Origin: Candidatus Methanovirga procula
GTDB lineage: Archaea > Methanobacteriota > Methanobacteria > Methanobacteriales > Methanobacteriaceae
Length of the DNA: 47,075 nucleotides
NCBI GenBank assembly: GCA_031280375.1
Contig: JAITGU010000050.1
Coordinates: forward strand, 1-47,075
Direction of reading: 5' to 3'
The notes under the pieces are model-generated. The model saw nothing but the letters and a program-made list of their open reading frames with translations. It searched no databases and was not told the origin of the DNA. This document shows, one piece after another, positions 40,472 to 47,075 of this stretch. Every line of letters begins with the position of its first letter. Position 1 is the first letter of the stretch. Both the position numbers and the translations under genes were made by a program.

Positions 40472-41467
40472 TTAATTTGATACATAGACATATTCTGAAA
40501 CCCAAGAATCATAAGGCACAGTCCAGCTGGTACCATGTCCCCAACCACCTTGTACAACTCTACAAGTTTCTAACCAATAAAATGTACCATCAACATATAC
40601 ATAAGGAACTCTATGGTTTCCCATTTCAGTGTGCCCTTGATATATTCCACATTTGTAACCTGCAGCACTAAGTGCACTATATATTAAATTACTGAAAGAG
40701 TAGCAATCACCATCTATACCATAAGTCATTCCACTTAATCGGTTTTCTAATGAGTTTATAGTGTCCCATCCATTACCACCATAGGACTTACTACTATAAG
40801 TATTAGATGAACTACTACTTGAAGAGGAAATAGTACTTGAAGAAGAACTACTGCTTGGAGAAGCAACATTAGTTCCTACCAGACTATTAGCTTCAAAAGC
40901 AACAGAATCTGGGAGAGTATTATTATTTTCAGACATATAATTTACAATTCTTGCAAAACCATCAACAGTAGCATCAAAAGATATATCACCTAACTTGTCA
41001 CTTTTTAAGAAATTAGGAGCTTGTTTATTTGAATCCATAAATGAGATTATGGCCTTTGAAGCATTAATATAGGCTTTTCTGTCAAGTTCACCTTGGGTAT
41101 TGTTTCCTTTAGAATAAGCAGATTCAACGTCTGTTAGAACTTGAATAGATGAAGAGTTGTTAGAAGAGTTTACATTAGCTACAACTTTACATAAATCATA
41201 TAGAAATTGTTCCATGGTATAATTTTCACCTGCAATTTCAACATTAGCAGGTAATCGTCCATTTTCCTTTTCATAGGATTTTACTTGCTTAGAAGCAGTG
41301 ATTATATCAGTTACACTTAATTCTGCAACATTTACATTGTTCACATTTACACTATTTACATTTAAATTATCATTTGTAGTATTTTTACTTTCATCCATAA
41401 GATAGCTTGCACTTATTAAAGATATTGAAAGCATACAAACTATACCAAGAATTAAAGCATTTTTCAT
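40472..41467 (-). CDS. Secreted pseudomurein-binding-repeat protein with a C-terminal transglutaminase-like cysteine peptidase core (Pei-like architecture)
   Basis: Signal peptide, two PMBR-like repeats (ITASKQVKSYEKENGRLPANVEIAGENYTMEQFLYDL and INASKAIISFMDSNKQAPNFL...), a poly-Ser linker, and Cys/His contexts GDCYSFSNLIY and GNHRVPYVYV. Confidence 0.8.
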   Translation of the reverse strand: MKNALILGIVCMLSISLISASYLMDESKNTTNDNLNVNSVNVNNVNVAELSVTDIITASKQVKSYEKENGRLPANVEIAGENYTMEQFLYDLCKVVANVNSSNNSSSIQVLTDVESAYSKGNNTQGELDRKAYINASKAIISFMDSNKQAPNFLKSDKLGDISFDATVDGFARIVNYMSENNNTLPDSVAFEANSLVGTNVASPSSSSSSSTISSSSSSSSNTYSSKSYGGNGWDTINSLENRLSGMTYGIDGDCYSFSNLIYSALSAAGYKCGIYQGHTEMGNHRVPYVYVDGTFYWLETCRVVQGGWGHGTSWTVPYDSWVSEYVYVSN

Positions 41468-43020
41468 CTTCGAAATAATTTCACCTCATATATTTTATAT
41501 TTAATCCAATTGAGCCAGATTATAATCTCAAATATTCTCAATTGAACTACTTCAACAAAACTGAAAATTAAATACAGATCAATAATAAAATTATTATACT
41601 GGTATATAAGTTTATTATGTTCATTACTATATCAATAAGAACTTATTGATTGAATTCAGATATATCGACTTGTACAAGCATTTACAAATTCAATGAAATC
41701 AACAAATCAATTTATATGAATATGTAATCAATGCACCAATTTGTGATTGATGTTTATTTTAATAAATCAACTTATAGACATATACAATCACCATATACAC
41801 AATGAATTCAAAAATTCAGTTTTGCTTTCACTTTCATATTAAGCAATTAATCTTATATAAATGTTTCTAATAACTAATTAAAATTAATTAATTTTTTTCG
41901 TTTTGAACTAATATGCACAGCAATAAACTACTTAAAAGTATTAAACTATATTAAATTAAACTTAAAAATTAATTAACAGATTAAAACACTCTTTAATGAA
42001 CTTTAAAAATATTTATATCATTTATTTAAAAACAAAATAGATATTGAACCTAATAATTTAAATAAAATAGAATTAAAACCCAAATAAAAAAAATTTGATG
42101 AATATATCTTCATTATATAAAAAATAAGCTGTTTTAATACTTATTGAAAGAAAAATAAAGATATTTAAAGAAAAAATAATCTGAGTTTAAAATTGAATTT
42201 TTAATGCAAAAATCCAATTAGAATTAATCAAAATATTCGACAACATCAATTACCCTAACATATAAAGCAATAATCTATCCTTTTTCATTTTAAATCTTCA
42301 TCTAAAAATCTTTTGATCAATATAGAGAACTTTAAAAATTATATTATGTTTAAAATAAGATTAAAAAATATATTTAAGACCTTAAAGATGATTTTTTATT
42401 TAAATTTAATTTTAAACCATGTATTAGAATTATTTATATCTAAATAAGAAAATAAATAAGAATAATTAATTTTAGAATAAAATTGTGACATTATAGAATT
42501 AATAAAGATATTTACATCAATTTCGTAAATACTCACTTTATAGGTCTGTTATTAAAAAAATAGCTGCCAGAATAATGCAATATTTTGCCTAAAATTCTTA
42601 ACATATATCAATATCATTAAATATTGTATATTATAATAACATTATCATAATATTACAATATTTTATATCTTTATTATTTTTTTGTATTAAAAAATATTTC
42701 TAAATCATTAAAATTTCAATAAAAAAGAAACTAAATCATAAAAAAATCAATAAATTTTCAAATTTACATACTTAACTTATAAATAAACTTAATAAACAAA
42801 TAACAAAAAATGTAGATAAATTAAAAGAAGTAGATTAAATAAAAGAAGTAGATAAATAAAAGAAAAAAATTAATGTATAAAATAAAAACAAGCCCAATAA
42901 ACTAATTACTAAGCATTAAAAAAGATATAAGCGAGAAAAAATCAAAAATAATGCAAGTCAGAAGTATGTCAAATAGAATTAAAGAAAAAGTTTTAATTGA
43001 AGTTAAAAAAGAAGTAAAAT

Positions 43021-43749
43021 TTACTTAAGTATTGAATTAAAAAAATCCTTAGTGAATTTAGGTAGGTTCTCATCTACAAAAACACATTTATTTTGTCTTG
43101 AAGTATTATTAATTTGAGATGAATTTATTCTACAAGTTTTATAAATACCAATACCTCTTCTTTGCCAAGCAGGTAATTTCCCTAAATTAATCCCTTTTTT
43201 TCTAAATAAGTACTCATGAATTTCTGGTGACTTGAAGCCATTAAGTTTTTTTTTAAGTTCATCGTTTTCATACTTTTCTTTTAAAGCCCAGTAACCATAG
43301 ATATTTATACAGTTTCTATAAGCTTCATCTTGTCTCCATTTAAAATAATTAAAAATTTCATTATCAGAGACTGGAATAGTTCGTGAATCAAAAGCTATTG
43401 GAAATAAATCATGGTCATCATCATATCTATCTGAGTTTTTTATACTTAGAGTCAATGAACTTGAAGCTAAACTTGAAAAAACAGAATTCAATTTCTCTAT
43501 TCTTCCAGAAAATGGAATATAATTAAAAAGAATACTAACTTCATCTGAAAATGTGTATATGAATAATGGTGAAAATTCTTTAAAAATATCTAAACCTGCT
43601 TTAGCCATTAAACTTGTAAATTCATAGTCAAATGGTGTTTTAAGATTTAATTTTTTACTTAAACTATGGAAACTTCTGCCATCTAATCTTAGAATTAGGT
43701 TTGAACTTAATGGAACTTTAATTTCAGAATAAATTTCGTGTTCTTTCAT
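43021..43749 (-). CDS. thg1: tRNA(His) guanylyltransferase-like protein (Thg1/TLP)
   Basis: 242 aa with LRLDGRSFHSLSK and YTFSDEVSILF motifs. Confidence 0.87.
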   Translation of the reverse strand: MKEHEIYSEIKVPLSSNLILRLDGRSFHSLSKKLNLKTPFDYEFTSLMAKAGLDIFKEFSPLFIYTFSDEVSILFNYIPFSGRIEKLNSVFSSLASSSLTLSIKNSDRYDDDHDLFPIAFDSRTIPVSDNEIFNYFKWRQDEAYRNCINIYGYWALKEKYENDELKKKLNGFKSPEIHEYLFRKKGINLGKLPAWQRRGIGIYKTCRINSSQINNTSRQNKCVFVDENLPKFTKDFFNSILK

Positions 43750-43777
43750 AAAATCTTCCAGGACCTCTAAATAAAAA

Positions 43778-44539
43778 TTATGTTCCTAAGTTAAATGGTT
43801 CAATTAATCCGTTTAATAGCTGAATTGCAGAGTAAGCAGCAAGAATACTTGTTTTAGGATTGGATTCACAGGGTAAATTTTCAGTTTCAGTTATAACCCT
43901 TCCAAAATCACCTTCAACAAGTACTTGATGAATGTTTCTATCGACCTTAGGATCAACGAGGATTTTAACATCAATATCTAAATTAGAAGCAATGCTTAAT
44001 GTAGCTGCAACATTGATATTCAATGGAAACCTTTTAACAGCTTCACTCGCTTTACCAACGAATAAAATTTCTTCTTCAATTATATTCATACCCAGTGAAC
44101 TTGGTGACTTTCGTGTAGTTAATAAAACCTTTTTTATTTCTCCTACAGAACCAGCTTTTATTGCATCCAAGCCAGCTATTGCACCACTTGGAATATGAAT
44201 TTTTGAACCTGTTTTTTTTGAAATATTATTGATTTCATTCCAAAAATCATTATCCAACAATGCTCCAACACTCATTATAATAACATCTTTACCCTTTTTA
44301 AGAACCTGAGGAATAAGCTCCTTAACAGATGATTGAGATGCTGATTCTAAAACCAAGTCCACATTATCAACCATATCTTGAAAATCTAAAACAACAGTTC
44401 CATTAGATACTCGTGCTAAGTTTTCAGCTTTCTCAATATCTCTATCATAAAAATATTTAATCAATATTTCTTCTTTATTCTCAATTTTACGAATAAGAAC
44501 ATTAGCTATTGCTCCACATCCAAGTATGCCTACTATCAT
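43778..44539 (-). CDS. nadX: L-aspartate dehydrogenase
   Basis: Rossmann N-terminus MIVGILGCGAIA (internal Met preferred over the track start at 44593), plus IHIPSGAIAGLDAIKA. Confidence 0.87.
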   Translation of the reverse strand: MIVGILGCGAIANVLIRKIENKEEILIKYFYDRDIEKAENLARVSNGTVVLDFQDMVDNVDLVLESASQSSVKELIPQVLKKGKDVIIMSVGALLDNDFWNEINNISKKTGSKIHIPSGAIAGLDAIKAGSVGEIKKVLLTTRKSPSSLGMNIIEEEILFVGKASEAVKRFPLNINVAATLSIASNLDIDVKILVDPKVDRNIHQVLVEGDFGRVITETENLPCESNPKTSILAAYSAIQLLNGLIEPFNLGT

Positions 44540-44743
44540 TATAATCACTAAATTGAAGAGGAGTTTATAAATTAAAAAAAAAGAGGTTAACAAAAAAATT
44601 ATAGTCTATAAAATTATAATTTATTAGCTCTTAAAAAGTTTATACTACAATAATATAGTCATGTGAAATAAAAATAATATAATAGTTAATCTTAAAAATT
44701 AATAGCTAATCCCATTAAATAGTAAATTAACTAAGTACTGTCC

Positions 44744-45100
44744 TTATAAATCATTATTCAATGTTTTATTAATTTGAGGATTAGGTTCTGGAGATGTAGC
44801 TGTTAAATTTCTTGGATCTATCAACATTATATCTCCAATAGCTTTAACTTTATCATAATCTATGTCAAATATCTTATCACTATATGATTTAACATGATTT
44901 TCATCAGGGACAAGCTGGAAATTTGTTTTTATCATGTCCATTAAACCAACATCTTTTTTTTCCCCAATGTCAAAGGTTCTTACTTTAAGTTTTGAAATTA
45001 TTCCAAGTTTTATGTTAAGAACAACATCCACAACTTTTCCTATGTACAGTCCTTCAATTGTGTATATATCTAAGTTGTAAAGATTTGAAACTTCCACCAT
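44744..45100 (-). CDS. PRC-barrel domain protein
   Basis: 118 aa. The N-terminal pattern LDIYTIEGLYIGKVVDVVLNIKLGIISKLKV is typical of archaeal PRC-barrel proteins. Confidence 0.7.
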   Translation of the reverse strand: MVEVSNLYNLDIYTIEGLYIGKVVDVVLNIKLGIISKLKVRTFDIGEKKDVGLMDMIKTNFQLVPDENHVKSYSDKIFDIDYDKVKAIGDIMLIDPRNLTATSPEPNPQINKTLNNDL

Positions 45101-45205
45101 ATTCTCACCAATTCCAATGAATTATCTATCAATTAATAATTATATTAGATTTATTCATATAAATACTTTTCTATCGTTATACTCATGTAACTGAAAAAAG
45201 ATTTT

Positions 45206-46066
45206 TTAAAATTTGTACCTCCCTAAAAGAATATCCTCTTTCCTATATGGTTTTAAAATAGCTTCAATATAATCTTCTTTTATTTCATAAGTGTTGAATG
45301 AATTAGGGCAAGACCCTCTTAATTTAAAAGAAGAGAAAGAGCCAGCAGTGGCAAAAAGAGTATTTTCAACTTTCCATAAATAAGGAACATGTTTATGACC
45401 TGAAAGAACCATATTAACATCTAAATCTGTTAATGATTTTAAAATATCTCCAGCATCAAATAATATATTACGTTCTCTTCCTGTTTTAGGAATAGGTAAA
45501 ACATGATGATGAATAGCTACAATAGAAAAAGTAGAGTTTATATAAGAATCTGTTAAAATCTCTTCCATCCATAATTGTTGAGGACGACCAACACTTCCAT
45601 CACTGATATCTGGTTCTGAACTATCTAAACCAATTAAAGTAATATTACTAACATCAACCAAACATTTGGAGATACGATCATTTTTAGACCATTTCTTTTT
45701 ACCATTGTCTTTTAACATGCATTTTTCTTTTAAAGAATCATCATACTGTAATTTAATATTATCTTTATCATTAGAATTTAAAGTTTGAGCCCAACTACGT
45801 TCACCAATAAGTTTTTGAAAAGTTTCATAACCTAAATTACGAGCGTCATGGTTTCCAGGAATAGAAAAAAACATTGATTTAAAAAATTTTACATACTCAA
45901 TAGCTTTCACATACTCAGCATGATATCCACGATTTGTTAAATCGCCAGTGAAAATTATAAAATCAGGATCTAAATCATTGACCGTGTCAACACTATTAAA
46001 AAAGACATCTTCATTGAAATCACCTTCTCCAATGTGGAAATCAGAAATATGTACTATAAATGTCAT
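45206..46066 (-). CDS. Calcineurin-like metallophosphoesterase
   Basis: Motifs HISDFHIG, GDLTNRG, GNHD, IHHH and GHKH occur in canonical order. Confidence 0.85.
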   Translation of the reverse strand: MTFIVHISDFHIGEGDFNEDVFFNSVDTVNDLDPDFIIFTGDLTNRGYHAEYVKAIEYVKFFKSMFFSIPGNHDARNLGYETFQKLIGERSWAQTLNSNDKDNIKLQYDDSLKEKCMLKDNGKKKWSKNDRISKCLVDVSNITLIGLDSSEPDISDGSVGRPQQLWMEEILTDSYINSTFSIVAIHHHVLPIPKTGRERNILFDAGDILKSLTDLDVNMVLSGHKHVPYLWKVENTLFATAGSFSSFKLRGSCPNSFNTYEIKEDYIEAILKPYRKEDILLGRYKF

Positions 46067-46080
46067 TTTAATCGTGGATT

Positions 46081-46431
46081 TTACTGATTTAACTTTAGAA
46101 TAGCTTCTGCTAAATCGCCTTTAGTAGCTATTAAAGCTTTTTCAGCTTCTTCTTTAGAAACTTGACCTTGACTTGCCACCATTTCTATATCTTCATCAGG
46201 AATTATTAGTTCTTCCTCAAGCTGAATTTCAATAGATGTGCCAGTCACTTGATAAGTTTCCTGACCCATTACTTTCATTAAACTAACTTCTGCATTGGGA
46301 ATGATTAATTCTCTATCTTCAAGTTTAATTATGACTTCTTTAACTCCAGAAATATTTTCCATTCCCATTCCCATCTTTTTCATTTGTCTTTCCATTTGCT
46401 TCATTTGTTTTGGATTCATACCAGGTATCAT
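46081..46431 (-). CDS. nac: Nascent polypeptide-associated complex protein (archaeal NAC with UBA tail)
   Basis: 116 aa with an MNPKQMKQMERQMKKMGM N-terminus, a NAC beta-barrel region, and a C-terminal UBA-like EEAEKALIATKGDLAEAILKL. Confidence 0.9.
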   Translation of the reverse strand: MIPGMNPKQMKQMERQMKKMGMGMENISGVKEVIIKLEDRELIIPNAEVSLMKVMGQETYQVTGTSIEIQLEEELIIPDEDIEMVASQGQVSKEEAEKALIATKGDLAEAILKLNQ

Positions 46432-46751
46432 ACAATCACTACTTACTTATTGATATTAAACATAAATTATTTATTAAATTACATTCATCTATTAAATATA
46501 TTCATTCTTAATCATTAATTAAATTTATTATATAATTTTTAAGGTGATATTTAATAAATTAAATATAATAAATTAATATTTAAGATATTTAATTATTTGA
46601 TATTTAATAAATAACAACAATTGTTTATAATTTAAATTATATAATTACAAATAATATTTATTATACTATTATCTATAAGTTTATTTATCCATTAAATTCA
46701 AAATTTATTATTGCAATTTATTTTAAATGTATTTGAATATTTTTACCTTAA

Positions 46752-46991
46752 ATAAGAACCTTTTAAAAATGGGAATTTCATTCCCTAAATTTCTCGCTCT
46801 GCTCAAAATAAACTGAGACTTTGTCTCCTAAGTTTTTCACGACCTTCGAAACAAATGGGAAATCAGAGATTTTCCTAAGTTCTCACGACCTTCGAAACAA
46901 CGGAAACTGAAGTTCCCTAACTTACCTAAAGGTAAGAAAGTTTAAGAAAATCAACGATTTTCTAACTTAACAAGTTAAGGTTCATCAAAAC
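46752..46991 (-). repeat. Hairpin-array element, locus G (longest repertoire)
   Basis: The reverse complement reads TTTTGATGAACC. Next come ccttaac-ttg-ttaag, agaaaatc-gttg-attttct, cttacc-ttta-ggtaag and an imperfect gggaac-ttca-gtttcc. Then three modules (gtttcgaaggtcgtgagaac plus ggaaaatc-tctg-atttcc, gtttcgaaggtcgtgaaaaac plus ggagac-aaa-gtctc, attttgagcagagcgagaaat plus gggaat-gaa-attccc). It ends TTTTTAAAAGGTTCTTAT. Confidence 0.9.
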
Positions 46992-47075
46992 TTATTTATC
47001 CATTTTTAAAGAATCACTTTACTATTTAGAAATTTAAATCTTAAGTTCATAGCATTGGTTTAATTTTAATATTAA

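Noticed and set aside
41468-43020. A replication origin in the long AT-rich gap.
   Set aside because: There is no adjacent orc1/cdc6 gene, and I could not recognise repeated ORB or mini-ORB-type boxes. The only repeats are two loose 30-mers and a short tandem.

Overview
Very AT-rich archaeal chromosomal segment (by eye under about 30% GC) with low coding density. The gene content points to a pseudomurein-containing methanogen of the Methanobacteriales, Methanosphaera- or Methanobrevibacter-like. Supporting genes are proteasome-activating nucleotidase, archaeal NAC, Thg1-like enzyme, HMG-CoA synthase plus thiolase, MfnB, HypC, an MraY-like GT4 transferase and a pseudomurein-binding-repeat protein. 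Most large ORFs are ordinary housekeeping genes: argH, split gltB, arfC/ribD-like, prs, guaB, metX-CBS, a NifS/IscS-like desulfurase, mobA, nadX and a ChlI/ChlD-like chelatase ATPase. There is one tRNA-Ile(GAU) and one textbook box C/D sRNA that the ORF track cannot show.

The most unusual signal is non-coding. A dispersed family of modular hairpin-array elements occupies at least seven intergenic loci. Each has 5' TTTTGATGAACCTTTT, then one to five modules of about 40 nt, then AAAAGGTTCTTAT at the 3' end. Each module holds a conserved 21-nt hairpin with an invariant GA/GA internal loop, followed by a variable but always self-complementary hairpin, usually with a GAA or AAA triloop. Copies bracket single genes: inverted around the chelatase gene, direct around arfC and around a 177-aa ORF. 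One locus is tandemly amplified.

Other repeats:
- A second small repeat family with about 15-nt terminal inverted repeats (TIRs) brackets hypC.
- A 278-bp nested-inverted-repeat, MITE-like element lies upstream of mfnB.
- A perfect 58-nt sequence recurs inverted 22 kb apart.

Several decayed accessory genes sit next to these repeats:
- a frameshifted Rpn/PD-(D/E)XK nuclease
- a P-loop ATPase stub
- a frameshifted CxxC/CGHG small protein
- a truncated transglutaminase core inside a GC-richer islet
- a frameshifted secreted protein
- an AbrB-like stub

A small exported protein carrying two copies of the methyl-accepting chemotaxis protein hairpin-tip motif is also odd for this lineage. I saw no cas genes, CRISPR array, rRNA or intact transposase.
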